Origin: an uncultured Actinomycetes bacterium
GTDB lineage: Bacteria > Actinomycetota > Thermoleophilia > Gaiellales > Gaiellaceae
DNA: 64,000 nucleotides
NCBI GenBank assembly: GCA_963704025.1
Contig: CAVPGP010000005.1
Span: 443,386-507,385, forward strand
Direction: 5' to 3'
The notes under the pieces are model-generated. The model saw nothing but the letters and a program-made list of their open reading frames with translations. It was not told the DNA's origin and searched no databases. Below, one piece after another: positions 43,809 through 53,848 of the stretch (positions are counted from its first letter, which is position 1; the number at the start of each line of letters is the position of its first letter). The position numbers and the translations under genes are program-made.

Positions 43809-43903
43809 GTCTTCAGCGTAGGCGGCGGCCCTCGTTTGGGAATCGGGTGCGAGGACGATCCTGCCTCGTCCTCGAGGACGATCTTCCGCACGGCCGAGTG
43901 ACG

Positions 43904-44221
43904 TTAGTAGCGGTCGATCTCGACCAGGCGCTCGTCGCTGATGCCGAAGTGGTGCGCCACCTCGTGGAGCACGACGCGCCTGACCTGCCCGCTCAGCCGG
44001 TTGGGGTCGCCTCCGTAGAGCCGCTCGAGCGGACCGCGGAAGATGGTGATCTTGTCGGGAAGCGCAGCGGTGTAGTTGCTTCCCCGCCGGGTCAAGGGGA
44101 TGCCCTGGTAGAGGCCCAGCAGCGGCTGCCCCGCGGGCGGCTCGTCCTCGATCACCAGCTCGACGTTCGAGATGCGCCGGCGGAGATCCTGCGGCAGCGA
44201 CTCGAGCGCCTTCTCGACCAT
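43904..44221 (-). CDS. Metallopeptidase family protein (Zincin_1/DUF1025-like, HExxH)
   Basis: SNVELVIEDEPP...LGLYQGIPLTRR...LPDKITIFRGPLER...VVLHEVAHHFGISDERLVEIDRY. The start may instead be GTG 44266. TAA stop. Confidence 0.82.
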   Translation of the reverse strand: MVEKALESLPQDLRRRISNVELVIEDEPPAGQPLLGLYQGIPLTRRGSNYTAALPDKITIFRGPLERLYGGDPNRLSGQVRRVVLHEVAHHFGISDERLVEIDRY

Positions 44222-44289
44222 GGCCTCGAACTCGAGCGCGGGTTCGTCCCGACCTGCCGCCTCCACCCTGGGAGGGTAGCCCTGCGAAC

Positions 44290-44676
44290 TCAAGCCACGC
44301 GGAACGACCGCCGCCCGAGCAGCGACTGCAGGACCCAGTTGACGACGGACACGACGATCGTCGCGCCGATGTACGTCCAGAAGCCGTTGATGGAGAAGTC
44401 CGGCGCGATCCATTCGGCGAGCGCGAGCATCGCGACGTTGAGCGCGAAGTACGAGAGGCCGAAGGTGACGACGATCAGCGGCAGCGTCAACAGGGCGAGC
44501 ACCGGTTTGAGGATCGCGTTCCCGATCGCCAGCACCGCCGCGCCAAGCAGGAGCGATCCCCAGCGCTCGATCTCGACGCCGCTGAACAGCCAGTCGACGA
44601 CGAGCAGCGCGACGATGTTGACGCCCCAGCCGAGGAGGGCTGAGATAAGAAGGTCGTTCCTGTTGGCGCGGCGCAC
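44290..44676 (-). CDS. Phage_holin_4_2/YvlD-like four-TM membrane protein
   Basis: 128 aa. GWGVNIVALLVVDWLFSGVEI...AILKPVLALLTLPLIVVTFGL is typical of this widespread non-phage family. Confidence 0.7.
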   Translation of the reverse strand: MRRANRNDLLISALLGWGVNIVALLVVDWLFSGVEIERWGSLLLGAAVLAIGNAILKPVLALLTLPLIVVTFGLSYFALNVAMLALAEWIAPDFSINGFWTYIGATIVVSVVNWVLQSLLGRRSFRVA

Positions 44677-44736
44677 GGCTGGACTCTAGTGCCGCGTCCT
44701 CGGCTGACGACGCGCTAGTCGCAGAAACGGTGGCGA

Positions 44737-45093
44737 CTAGGCCGTTGCCGCTTCGGCCGCCTCGGTCGGAGTGCGCCGGCGGAGCAGGGCGACAGCGAGG
44801 CTCGCAAAGAAAGCGAGGCTCGCAAAGAAGATGAAGAACGCGAAGAAGCCGATCGTGCTGAGGCCTTCGACGATGCTCGACACCGGCGACAGCAGACCAA
44901 GCCACCCGGCGAAGAACGCCGAGACGATACCCACCCACCCGATCCACCGCGGCGCCACCGAGGTCTTCAGCACGGCGATCGCGAAGAGCAGCGTCATGAC
45001 GCCCCAGACGAGGATGTCTCCGAAGTAGTTCATCAGCAGACAGAACTGGGCGAGCGTGTCCGCGGTGACGACGAGCGAGGCCGGAGTTGCCAT
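44737..45093 (-). CDS. Hypothetical four-TM membrane protein containing an in-frame 18-bp tandem duplication
   Basis: 118 aa. A perfect duplication AGCGAGGCTCGCAAAGAA x2 (44794-44829) encodes FFASLA-FFASLA in the last TM. Confidence 0.6.
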   Translation of the reverse strand: MATPASLVVTADTLAQFCLLMNYFGDILVWGVMTLLFAIAVLKTSVAPRWIGWVGIVSAFFAGWLGLLSPVSSIVEGLSTIGFFAFFIFFASLAFFASLAVALLRRRTPTEAAEAATA

Positions 45094-45194
45094 TCACCGC
45101 CCACGCGTTCAACGGGCGCCTGGGGCGGCATGATCCGCCACCGCCGACGCCGCGTCAATGCGCTGGGAGAGGCTGCCGCTCTCGTCCATGAGCG

Positions 45195-45992
45195 ATGATC
45201 CGCACGATGGCCGGCGGCGAGAGCCAGGGATCCGATCTCGTCAAGGCGGTGGGGCAGATCGTGGCGCTGCTTGCCGGGGCCGTCGCGCTCGTCTACGCGG
45301 TGGGCGGCGGGGTGCTCGCCCTCCGGCTGTTCCTCGAAGACCTTCCTTCGCGCACCATCGTCGGTCAGCTGCCGCGCGATCTGCTGATCTCGGTCGGGCT
45401 CGCGCAGATCGTGCTGCCCGGGGTCGCGATCGCGGCTCTCTACGCAGCCGTCCGGATCCTCCTGGGCACGACGCCCGAGCCGCGGCGGCTCGTCGATCAG
45501 TGGGCGGCGCCGTCGCGGCGCGGCTGGATCGAGCTGACCGCCGCGAGCGCGGTCCCGGCGCTCGCGATCGCGGCGTACGGCGCGCTCCGTGTGCCGCGGC
45601 ACCAACTCGGATGGGACCTCGCGTGGCTCCTGCCGGCCGCACTGCTTCTCTCGATGCTGATCGTGCTCGTCGCCCTGCGGCTGAGAGCAGGGCTCGCCGT
45701 CGCCTATCGCGACCGGTGGAACGAGCGCCGTCCGATTGTCTGGATGACGCTTGTCGTCTGGCTCGGCACGCTCCCGGCCTGCCTCGTCTTCGCCGGGACG
45801 TTCCCGCTGCTCGACGCCAAGGTCTGCATCAGGGGCGGCTCCGAGCAGACGGGGCTGCTGATCGGCGAGACGAACGAGCGCATCTACATCGGCGAGAGCA
45901 GCGGCGCGCCGCGACGGGTGATCTCGCTGCCTCAATCCGAGGTGACGAAGACGTTCATCGGCGGGAAGGCCGGCACGGAGCGGTGCGAGTAG
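45195..45992 (+). CDS. Hypothetical polytopic membrane protein
   Basis: 265 aa with about 6 hydrophobic segments and a soluble C-terminal ~50 aa (GLLIGETNERIYIGESSG). No recognisable motif. Confidence 0.55.
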   Translation: MIRTMAGGESQGSDLVKAVGQIVALLAGAVALVYAVGGGVLALRLFLEDLPSRTIVGQLPRDLLISVGLAQIVLPGVAIAALYAAVRILLGTTPEPRRLVDQWAAPSRRGWIELTAASAVPALAIAAYGALRVPRHQLGWDLAWLLPAALLLSMLIVLVALRLRAGLAVAYRDRWNERRPIVWMTLVVWLGTLPACLVFAGTFPLLDAKVCIRGGSEQTGLLIGETNERIYIGESSGAPRRVISLPQSEVTKTFIGGKAGTERCE

Positions 45993-46236
45993 TGCGGGTT
46001 CCAGACGAGCGGCGAGCTTGAGTCCTCGAGGCCAAAGGTGGACAATCGTGACGAGCTCTGCGGCGATCGAAAGGAGCCCGCAACGCCCGCGGTACTCACT
46101 CCGGTTCTCGTCGGCGATAACGGGACGTCAAGCCGGTCGAGAGGTGCGCGTGTCCGCGTCTTCGTGCTCGCTGCAGGTCGATCGCAGTATCGAGCCCGGT
46201 CCTCGGTCTCTGTTTCTACCGTTGAGGAGGGAAGGA

Positions 46237-46770
46237 ATGCTCAAGCGTCTGCTGGTCGCCATGCTCGTCGCGGCGGCCGTGCTCATTCCGTCGTCGAGCG
46301 CGTCGAGCGCGTCTCGCGGCGGATCGTTCTTCGACCTCGTCCAGGCCTACGCCAACTCGGCGAAGTACGTCCAGCTGCACCGCGCAATGGCGGACGGCTA
46401 CGGCCTCTTCCCCGACGCGCAGGGGATCGCCTGCATCGACATGCCCGGGATGGGCGCGATGGGAGTCCACTACGCGAACGGGGCGCTCTTCGCCGACCCC
46501 ACGATCGACGCCGCGCATCCCGAAGCGCTCGTCTACGAGCCGTCGCACGGCCACATGCGCCTCGTCGCGCTGGAGTACGTCGTCGTGAAGGCGGCCTGGG
46601 ACGCGACCCACTCCTCGCCGCCCGAGCTCTTTGGCCACACGTTCAACTTCACGCCGGCCGGCAACCGCTTCGGGCTGCCTCCGTATTACTCGCTGCACGC
46701 ATGGATCTGGAAGTTCAACCCCGCGGGCACGTTCGAGATGTGGAACCCCGACGTCACCTGCCCGAAGTGA
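46237..46770 (+). CDS. Secreted protein of unknown function
   Basis: ATG 46237 is preceded by GAGGAGGGAAGGA. Signal peptide MLKRLLVAMLVAAAVLIPSSSASSA. Conserved-looking motifs GMGVHYANG, EALVYEP and YSLHAWIWKFNP. The upstream part of ORF 46018..46770 is rejected. Confidence 0.7.
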   Translation: MLKRLLVAMLVAAAVLIPSSSASSASRGGSFFDLVQAYANSAKYVQLHRAMADGYGLFPDAQGIACIDMPGMGAMGVHYANGALFADPTIDAAHPEALVYEPSHGHMRLVALEYVVVKAAWDATHSSPPELFGHTFNFTPAGNRFGLPPYYSLHAWIWKFNPAGTFEMWNPDVTCPK

Positions 46771-46795
46771 GAGCGCCTCGCGGCGGTCGGACGCG

Positions 46796-47329
46796 TCACG
46801 CGGCGCGGCCGACCGCCGCGAGCTCGAGCTCCATTCGGATCGCGTGCTCGACGCCGTAGAGGCCCGCGGCGGTCTCGCGGAAGCCGAACGACAGGTAGAG
46901 CCGGTGGGCCCCGGCCATCAACACGGACGAGGTGTCGAGCTGGAGCGAGCTGAACCCGCGCTCCGCCGCCACCGCGATCACCTCCGCCACGAGCCGTGAC
47001 CCGAGCCCGAGCTCTCGCGCCGGGGGCAGGACGTACAGCCGCTTCAGCTCTGTGCGATCCCGGCCGAGCCCCTTGACCGCCACGATGCCGGAGGGACGGC
47101 CTGCGACCCGGGCGACGATCAGCTGGCCCGCGGGCGGCGCATAGTAGGCGGCCGGGTCGGCGTACTCGGCGACTGCGGCAGGCTCCGCGGATTCGAGGTC
47201 GACGCCGATCAGGTCCTCGAGCCAGCGCCGTTGCCGCGCGAGCATGGCCCGCGCGTCGGCGATGTCGCGAAGTCCCCGCACCCGGCGGATCTCGACGGCT
47301 GCTCCGGTGGGGATCTGACTCGCGCGCAT
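46796..47329 (-). CDS. GNAT family N-acetyltransferase
   Basis: ATG 47329. Acetyl-CoA motif LYVLPPARELGLGSRLV and the C-terminal beta-strand region SLQLDTSS...AHRLYLSFGFRE. Confidence 0.8.
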   Translation of the reverse strand: MRASQIPTGAAVEIRRVRGLRDIADARAMLARQRRWLEDLIGVDLESAEPAAVAEYADPAAYYAPPAGQLIVARVAGRPSGIVAVKGLGRDRTELKRLYVLPPARELGLGSRLVAEVIAVAAERGFSSLQLDTSSVLMAGAHRLYLSFGFRETAAGLYGVEHAIRMELELAAVGRAA

Positions 47330-47460
47330 AGCTCCCTCACACGGTAGGTCCGGGTGCATGCCGCGTCATCGGCGGGAGGGACGAGGCGGGCTCCCGCGCG
47401 CGGCCGATCTTCACGGCGTCCGTTGGGATGACGCCGGGGCATCGACGGCCCGGTCACCGG

Positions 47461-47529
47461 GGAGCGACGGGAAGCGACCCGGGGCGACCCGGGGCGACCC
47501 GGGCGACCCGGGGCGATCCGGAGCGACGC
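47461..47529. repeat. Seven tandem decamers, consensus GGRGCGACCC
   Basis: Units are GGAGCGACGG GAAGCGACCC GGGGCGACCC GGGGCGACCC GGG-CGACCC GGGGCGATCC GGAGCGACGC. They lie in the divergent intergenic region between the GNAT and methyltransferase genes and end 22 nt before GTG 47552. Confidence 0.85.
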
Positions 47530-47551
47530 GAACGCGCGCTACGCTCGCCGC

Positions 47552-48559
47552 GTGCCGACACCCACGATCTGGCCGCCGGGGTTCCGGCGCATTCCGGACG
47601 CGGACTGGGCGCGCCGCCCGCTCGAGGAGCTCGCCCTCAAGTACGACACCGTCCAGGACCACGGCTGGTACCGGAATCTCGACCGTACGGTCGAGGACGT
47701 GGCCCGCTTCGTCGAGCCCGGCCGGATCGTCGTCGACTACTCGGGCGGCACGGGCATCCTCGCGTCGCGTCTGCTCGAGGAGGTGCCCCAACGGGGCTTC
47801 GGCATCCTGATCGCCGACTCCTCGCCGAAGTTCCTCCGCGTCGCGCTCGACAAGCTCGGCGGACACACGCGCGTCGCGTTCCGGCTGATCCGCTATCTGA
47901 AGGAGGAGCGGCGACTGCAGCTGATGCAGGAAGTGCTCGAGCCGGGCCTGCTCGAGCGTGGCGTCGACGCGGTCATCTCGACGAACGCGATCCACCTCTA
48001 CTACGAGCTCGACGCGACGCTTCGCTCGTGGCGTGAGTTGCTGCGCCCGGGCGGCCGGGTCTTCATCCAGTCCGGCAACATCGGCGTCCCCGACCCGGCG
48101 GAGGGACTGTGGCTGATCGACGAGACCGTCGAGGCGATCAACCGAGCGGCGCTCGAGCTCGTCCGGGAGGATCCGGCCTACGCCGCGTATCTGGCCGGGA
48201 CGGAGGATGCAGGACGCATGGCGGCCTACGACGAGCTGCGACGGAAGTTCTTCCTCCCGATCCGCCCGCTCGCCGCATACGTCGAGGCGCTCGAGGCGTC
48301 GGGGTTCGCGATCCGCGAGGTTGCACACCTGCCGATCGAGGCGCACGTCGACCAGTGGGACGAGTTCCTCAGCACGTACCACGAAGGCGTCCTCGGCTGG
48401 GTCGGCGGATCGAGCCGTGTCGAGGGAGACGAGCCGAGTACGGACGCCGTCGAGGACCGCCTGCGGCTGCTGGCCGAGAGCCTGCAGCGCGTCTTCGCGG
48501 GCAGGCCGAGCTTCACTGCGGTCTGGACGTACATCACCGCGGAGCCGGAGCAGGACTAG
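47552..48559 (+). CDS. Class I SAM-dependent methyltransferase
   Basis: Motif [16 protein letters not shown], post-[12 protein letters not shown], and motif IV-like [13 protein letters not shown] start. Confidence 0.8.
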   Translation: MPTPTIWPPGFRRIPDADWARRPLEELALKYDTVQDHGWYRNLDRTVEDVARFVEPGRIVVDYSGGTGILASRLLEEVPQRGFGILIADSSPKFLRVALDKLGGHTRVAFRLIRYLKEERRLQLMQEVLEPGLLERGVDAVISTNAIHLYYELDATLRSWRELLRPGGRVFIQSGNIGVPDPAEGLWLIDETVEAINRAALELVREDPAYAAYLAGTEDAGRMAAYDELRRKFFLPIRPLAAYVEALEASGFAIREVAHLPIEAHVDQWDEFLSTYHEGVLGWVGGSSRVEGDEPSTDAVEDRLRLLAESLQRVFAGRPSFTAVWTYITAEPEQD

Positions 48560-49422
48560 AGCAGGCTGAGCTCGGCGAGCTCGGCCTCGCTCAGCCGCCA
48601 CTCCGCGGCCGCCGCGTTGGCGCGCACCTGCTCGGGCTTCGTCGCGCCCGCGATGACCGAGACGACCCCGGGAGCCGACGCGAGCGCGGCGATCGCAAGC
48701 TCGAGCAGCGTGTGCCCCCGCTCCTGCGCGAACCGCTCCAGCCTCTCGATCCGGTCCCAGTCGGCCCGCTCGACGCGGTCGCCGCCGTGCAGCCGCGTGC
48801 CCTCCGGAGCCGGCTCGCCGCGCCGGTACTTCCCCGTCAGGAGCCCGCTGGCGAGCGGGAAGTACGGCACGAAGCCGACGCCGAGCTCGCGGCAGGCCGG
48901 AAGCACCTCGCGCTCGGGCTCCCGATGCAGGAGCGAGTACTCGTTCTGCAACACCGCGATCTGGCCGGCCGCAACCGCCTCGCGCAGCTGCTCGGCGGAG
49001 AAGTTCGAGACGCCGAGGAATCTCACCTTGCCGGCCTCGACCTGTTCCTGCATCGCGACGATCGTCTGGGCGATCGGCGTCTTCCCGTCCGGCCGGTGGT
49101 AGTAGAGGACGTCCACCCAGTCGGTGCGCAGGCGCGCGAGGGAGGCATCGAGTGCCTGCTCGACGTACTCGGGGGCGCCGTTCAGCCCTGCGCCCATGTC
49201 GTTGCCGAACTTCGTCGCCAGCACGACGCGCTCGCGCCGACCCTCGAGCAACTCGCCGAGGAACTCCTCGGAGCGACCGCTGTTGCCGTAGACATCGGCC
49301 GTGTCGAAGAAGTCGATGCCGACCTCGAGCGCCGCTTCCACGACGGTGCGCGTCGCCTCGAAGTCGATGCGGCCGCCGAAGTTGTTGCAGCCGAGGCCGA
49401 TCCGCGAGACGCGCAAATCCAC
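48556..49422 (-). CDS. Aldo/keto reductase
   Basis: [45 protein letters not shown]. Its stop codon overlaps the convergent methyltransferase stop within CTAG (48556-48559). Confidence 0.88.
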   Translation of the reverse strand: MDLRVSRIGLGCNNFGGRIDFEATRTVVEAALEVGIDFFDTADVYGNSGRSEEFLGELLEGRRERVVLATKFGNDMGAGLNGAPEYVEQALDASLARLRTDWVDVLYYHRPDGKTPIAQTIVAMQEQVEAGKVRFLGVSNFSAEQLREAVAAGQIAVLQNEYSLLHREPEREVLPACRELGVGFVPYFPLASGLLTGKYRRGEPAPEGTRLHGGDRVERADWDRIERLERFAQERGHTLLELAIAALASAPGVVSVIAGATKPEQVRANAAAAEWRLSEAELAELSLL

Positions 49423-49452
49423 GACGACAAGCTAGTGGAACCGCCCGGGTCG

Positions 49453-50871
49453 ATGCGGGACACTGCGACGGTGGACTACGAGCTGCTCGTGATCGGCTCC
49501 GGTCCGGCGGGGCAGCGTGCCGCCGTGCAGGCGGCCAAGCTCCGCAAGAACGTCGCGCTCGTCGAGCGCCGCAGCCACCTCGGCGGCGTCTCCGTGAACA
49601 CGGGCACGATCCCGTCGAAGACGATCCGCGAGGCGGTGATGTACCTGACGGGCCTCAGCCAGCGGGGCATCTACGGACAGGACTACCGGCTCAAGGACGA
49701 GATCCGCATCGAGGACCTCGCGCTGCGCACGCGGCAGGTCGTCGAGCGCGAGCGGAGTGTCATCCGCGACCAGCTGCTGCGGAACCACGTCACGCTGCTG
49801 GACGGCGCCGCACGTTTCCTCGACCGCAACGAGGTCGCGATCGTCGACCACGGAGGCGCCGAGCGGCGCCTGACGGCGGAGAAGATCGTGATCGCGACCG
49901 GCTCGGAGCCTGCCCATCCCGCCGACATCGCCTTCGACGGCCGCACCGTCCTCGACTCGGACGACATCGTGCTCCGTCTCGAGACGATCCCCCGCACCCT
50001 GCTCGTCGTCGGCGCGGGCGTGATCGGGATCGAGTTCGCCTCGATGTTCGCGGTGCTCGGCACGAAGGTGACCGTCGTCGACGGAAGGGACGACATGCTC
50101 GACTTCTGCGACCGCGAGATCGTGGACGCGCTCCGCTTCCACCTCCGGGACCTCGGGATGACATTCCGCTTCGGCGAGGTCGTGACGGCGGTCGAGCACC
50201 GAAACGGGGAGACGCTGACGACGCTGAAGAGCGGCAAGCAGATCGCCGCGGGCGCCGTCTTCTACTCGGCGGGGCGTCAGGGCGCAACCGCCGACCTCGC
50301 GCTCGAGAACACCGGCCTCGAGGCGGACGGCCGCGGTCGCATCGCGGTCGCCGCGAGCTACCGCACCGCCGCCGACGGCGTCTACGCGGTAGGCGACGTG
50401 ATCGGCTTCCCCAGCCTCGCCTCCACGTCGGCGGAGCAGGGGCGGCTTGCGTCGGCCGACGCCTGCGGGGTCGCGGCGACGCCGAGCCACGAGCTCCCAT
50501 TCGGCGTCTACTCGATTCCGGAGATCGGCTTCGTGGGCAAGACGGAGCTCGAGCTCACCGAGGCCGCAGTGCCGTACGAGGTCGGCGTCAGCTACTACCG
50601 CGAGCTCGCACGGGGCCAGATCCTCGGCGACACGAGCGGGATGTTGAAGCTGCTCGTCTCGCCGGAGGACCGGAAGCTGCTCGGCGTCCACGCGCTCGGA
50701 GCGAACGCGACCGAGGTGGTGCACATCGGGCAGGCGGTGATGGGGCTCGGCGGCACGATCGACTTCCTCGTCGAGAGCGTCTTCAACTATCCGACGCTCG
50801 CCGAGGCGTACAAGGTGGCCGCGCTCGACGCCGTCAACAAGCTGCGCGCCGTCGGCGATCTCAGCCACTGA
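49453..50871 (+). CDS. sthA: Soluble pyridine nucleotide transhydrogenase (SthA/UdhA-type flavoprotein)
   Basis: ATG 49453 gives [30 protein letters not shown]...[19 protein letters not shown], which lacks the redox CxxxxC as in actinobacterial SthA. A second Rossmann motif is [15 protein letters not shown]. The upstream 448 codons of ORF 48109..50871 are rejected. Confidence 0.85.
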   Translation: MRDTATVDYELLVIGSGPAGQRAAVQAAKLRKNVALVERRSHLGGVSVNTGTIPSKTIREAVMYLTGLSQRGIYGQDYRLKDEIRIEDLALRTRQVVERERSVIRDQLLRNHVTLLDGAARFLDRNEVAIVDHGGAERRLTAEKIVIATGSEPAHPADIAFDGRTVLDSDDIVLRLETIPRTLLVVGAGVIGIEFASMFAVLGTKVTVVDGRDDMLDFCDREIVDALRFHLRDLGMTFRFGEVVTAVEHRNGETLTTLKSGKQIAAGAVFYSAGRQGATADLALENTGLEADGRGRIAVAASYRTAADGVYAVGDVIGFPSLASTSAEQGRLASADACGVAATPSHELPFGVYSIPEIGFVGKTELELTEAAVPYEVGVSYYRELARGQILGDTSGMLKLLVSPEDRKLLGVHALGANATEVVHIGQAVMGLGGTIDFLVESVFNYPTLAEAYKVAALDAVNKLRAVGDLSH

Positions 50872-50890
50872 GGCGCATACCATTCGCGGT

Positions 50891-51952
50891 GTGAGCCCGA
50901 CGAAGAGGGCGGAACGCGAGCTCGACGAGCTCCGCGAGCAGGTCGCGGAGCTGGAGCGGGAACGGGCGTTCCTGAATGCGATCGCGAACTTTGCCCCGAG
51001 CCTCCTCTGCGTCATCGACGAGGAAGGCCGCGTGCGGCCGGCCGCCACCAACAAGGCGTTCGAGCGCACGCTCGAGTACCGCGCGGGCGAGACGGGAGAC
51101 GTCCTCTTCTGGGAACGTTACGCCGCACCCGAGGACGCGGAGGAGGTTCGGGCGGCCATCGAGCGGTCGGTGAGCGGCCGGTCGATCGAGGAGCGCGAGT
51201 GCCGCTGGCTGACGCGGACCGGGCGCACCATCGACGTGGTCTTGACGTGCACGCCGCTGCCGGAGATCGCCGGCGGTCCGCTGTTTCTCGTCTCCGGGAC
51301 GGACGTCACCGAGCGCAATCTGCACGAGGCGGAGGTCCGGGCCTCGCGCACGCGCATCGTCGCCGCCTCGGACGAGGCACGCAGAAAGCTCGAGCGCAAC
51401 CTCCACGACGGCGCCCAGCAGCGGCTGATCGCGCTGCTGCTGACGCTGCGCATGGTCGTCTCGAGGACGGAGGACGCATCGCCGGTTCGCCCGTTGCTCG
51501 GGTCTGCGATCGAGGAGCTCACGGCGGCGCTGGCCGAGCTACGCGAGCTGGCCCGCGGAATCCACCCAGCGGCGCTGACGGAGCAAGGGCTCGGCCCCGC
51601 GCTGCAGGGGCTCGCCGAGAGGGCCCCGGTTCCGGTGCAGGTCGACGTGCCGCCCGGCGAGTACGGCGACCAGGTCGACGCGACCGCGTACTACATCGTC
51701 TCGGAGGCGCTCGCGAACATCGCCAAGTACGCGAGGGCGACCACCGCGGCGGTGCGCGTGCGCCCTGATGGAAACCGTGTCGTCATCGTCGTCGAGGACG
51801 ACGGCAGGGGCGGCGCGGACGCCGGCCGCGGCACCGGCCTGCGCGGCCTCGCCGACCGCGTCGTCGCGCTCGACGGCTCGTTCTCGGTCGAGAGCCCGCC
51901 GGGAGCCGGCACCCGGCTCAGGGCGGAGATCCCCCTCGGCAGGCCGTCCTGA
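50891..51952 (+). CDS. Cytoplasmic PAS-domain histidine kinase (HisKA_3 / NarL-type), no adjacent response regulator
   Basis: Coiled-coil N-terminus, a PAS-like segment ([22 protein letters not shown]...), H-box [15 protein letters not shown], and HATPase motifs DDGRGGA and [11 protein letters not shown]. Confidence 0.85.
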   Translation: MSPTKRAERELDELREQVAELERERAFLNAIANFAPSLLCVIDEEGRVRPAATNKAFERTLEYRAGETGDVLFWERYAAPEDAEEVRAAIERSVSGRSIEERECRWLTRTGRTIDVVLTCTPLPEIAGGPLFLVSGTDVTERNLHEAEVRASRTRIVAASDEARRKLERNLHDGAQQRLIALLLTLRMVVSRTEDASPVRPLLGSAIEELTAALAELRELARGIHPAALTEQGLGPALQGLAERAPVPVQVDVPPGEYGDQVDATAYYIVSEALANIAKYARATTAAVRVRPDGNRVVIVVEDDGRGGADAGRGTGLRGLADRVVALDGSFSVESPPGAGTRLRAEIPLGRPS

Positions 51953-51960
51953 GCCCCCTT

Positions 51961-52077
51961 TACCTGGTCGGGTACCAGGTACGAATTCACTGCTTTAAAA
52001 CTGGTAAATCCCTGCAAAAGGGCCAACGGCCATGATCGGTCGCTCTCTCGTACCTGGTCGGCGACCAGGTACGAGAG
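51961..52077. repeat. Palindrome doublet E1 (P2 - spacer - P1) of the GTACCTGGT...ACCAGGTAC family
   Basis: P2 is TACCTGGTCGGGTACCAGGTAC (51961-51982). P1 is GTACCTGGTCGGCGACCAGGTAC (52050-52072), extended by CTCTC/GAGAG to a 16-bp stem (52045-52077). The spacer contains CCCTGCAAA (52010-52018). The doublet lies between convergent gene ends. Confidence 0.9.
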
Positions 52078-52089
52078 GGCCGACCGCCT

Positions 52090-53436
52090 CTAGTCGAGCG
52101 GCGGGATGTTGTGGTTCGACCGGAAGACGTTCTCCGGATCCCACGTCGCCTTGATGGCACGGAGCTGCGCGCGCGTCCACGACGGGTAGGCCGGGCGGTC
52201 GTCGGCGAGCATGTTCGCGTAGCCGATGCCGATCGAGTCTGCCGAGGCCGCGTCGTGGAGCCCGTCGACCCAGGCGCGCTCGGTTTCGTCCTGCTCGGCG
52301 TCGTCCCAGGCGGCGCTCGCCGCGACGAGCCAGCGCGAGCCGTGGCCGCCGAAGGCCATCGCAGGACCGTGGACGTCTGCGACCGCGCCGCTGAGCGGGA
52401 TGAGCGCAACGCGCGACGTGCCGGCCGGAGCCGCGGCACCGTGGGCCACGAGCTCGTCGATCGTCTGATCGGACAGCCCGCCGAGGAACGCGCTGGTCTC
52501 CCAGGCGCGGCGCCCCGCAGGCAGGAGATGGTCGCTTGCGGACTGCAGCTCGAGGTAGGTCGTCGGGCCGTAGCCGTCGAGGATCGGCCTCGCGACCTCG
52601 CGGAGCGGGCGCACGGCCGAGCCGCCCGCCGCAGGATCGCTCGTCCACGTCACGCTCAGGACGAGCACGGGCCGCTCGTTCATCTGGACGACCGAGGCCA
52701 CCACGTTGAGCTCCTTCGGGGCCCACGCCATCAGGTCGCGGACGGCGCGGAGCACCTTGCCCGCGTCCTCGATCGCGTACCCCATCGGCCCAGCCCAGAG
52801 CTCGGGGCCGACCTCGTGCAGGCGAAATTCGAACGAGGTCACGACACCGAAGTTGCCCCCTCCTCCGCGCACGGCCCAGAAGAGCGGCCTGTGCTCGTCG
52901 GCGTTCGCGCACACGAGCCGGCCCTCCGCCGTCACGAGCTCGACCGAGACGAGGTTGGCGGCGGACAGGCCGTGGGCGCGCGCGAGATGCCCGATGCCCC
53001 CGCCGAGCGTGAACCCGGCAACCCCGACGTTCGAGATCGTCCCACCCGGCACGGCGAGGCCGTACTGCTGGGTCGCGCGGTCGACGTCAGCCCAGAGCGC
53101 GCCGCCCTGGACGTTCACCGTGCGGCGCTCGCGGTTGACCCAGACACCCCGCATCAGCGTGAGGTCGATCGTCACGCCGCCGTTGACGGACGCATGGCCG
53201 GCAACGTGATGACCGCCGCCGCGCACCGCGACCGGCAGCCCGTTCTCGCGCGCGTAGCGGATCGCGGCGACGACGTCGACGGCACCGCGCGGCCGCACGA
53301 TAGCGTGCGGCAGCCGCCGATGGACGCCGTTCCAGAGCGCCCGTGCCCGGTCGTAGTCGTCGCTGATCGGGAGGATGACCTCCCCCAGAATCTCGTCGGT
53401 CAGCGCCTCGAGCGCAGACACCATTGCTTCCGTCAC
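52090..53436 (-). CDS. FAD-linked oxidase with berberine-bridge-enzyme-like C-terminus
   Basis: GTG 53436 has GGAAGGAG 9 nt upstream. FAD_binding_4 motif PVAVRGGGHHVAGH and the C-terminal BBE-like motif KATWDPENVFRSNHNIPP. Confidence 0.85.
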   Translation of the reverse strand: MTEAMVSALEALTDEILGEVILPISDDYDRARALWNGVHRRLPHAIVRPRGAVDVVAAIRYARENGLPVAVRGGGHHVAGHASVNGGVTIDLTLMRGVWVNRERRTVNVQGGALWADVDRATQQYGLAVPGGTISNVGVAGFTLGGGIGHLARAHGLSAANLVSVELVTAEGRLVCANADEHRPLFWAVRGGGGNFGVVTSFEFRLHEVGPELWAGPMGYAIEDAGKVLRAVRDLMAWAPKELNVVASVVQMNERPVLVLSVTWTSDPAAGGSAVRPLREVARPILDGYGPTTYLELQSASDHLLPAGRRAWETSAFLGGLSDQTIDELVAHGAAAPAGTSRVALIPLSGAVADVHGPAMAFGGHGSRWLVAASAAWDDAEQDETERAWVDGLHDAASADSIGIGYANMLADDRPAYPSWTRAQLRAIKATWDPENVFRSNHNIPPLD

Positions 53437-53574
53437 GAGTCCGCTCCTTCCTCGTCGTCTCCCTCATAGGGTCGCCTCGGGAGCCCTGCAGCGCATCGGC
53501 GCGGCGGACGATTCGGAGTCGGCTCTGCGGACGAACGCAGGTCGTCCGCGAGGATGAGCCGTAGACCGGCTTGA

Positions 53575-53748
53575 CTAGAGGGGGCGGTTCATGTCGGCCT
53601 GGATCTCGGCCTGCGTGAGCGCGCGGTTGTAGACGCGGAGCTCGTCGAGGGTGCCTTTGAACCACTCGCCCCAGATCGAGTTGCCACCGATCCGCAGCAC
53701 GCCGGTCGAAGCCGGGATCGAGCCCGCGGCCACTACCTGGCCCCGCAT
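53575..53748 (-). pseudogene. C-terminal remnant of a LamG/concanavalin-A-like (Laminin_G_3) domain protein
   Basis: A 57-codon frame (not in the ORF track) reads MRGQVVAAGSIPASTGVLRIGGNSIWGEWFKGTLDELRVYNRALTQAEIQADMNRPL*. The F.G.LDE.R.YNRAL...EI motif is the characteristic end of LamG_3 domains. An in-frame TAG lies 6 codons upstream of the ATG, so the 5' bulk of the gene is missing. Confidence 0.6.
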
Positions 53749-53848
53749 CGCGGGCGAGCATGCGAGCTACGCCGGTCGGACAACAGCGACAACCGGTTTG
53801 TGGCCTGGGCGGCCGTCCGAGCTCGCGATCGAGCTAGCCTGAAACGCT

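Noticed and set aside
44290-44676. Holin gene as evidence of a prophage
   Set aside because: The Phage_holin_4_2/YvlD family is widespread in non-phage contexts. There is no endolysin, terminase, capsid, tail or integrase gene nearby.
48109-49452. 448-codon N-terminal extension of the sthA ORF
   Set aside because: The extension runs antisense through the aldo/keto reductase gene and is Arg/Gly/Pro-rich. The conserved SthA sequence with its first Rossmann motif begins at ATG 49453.
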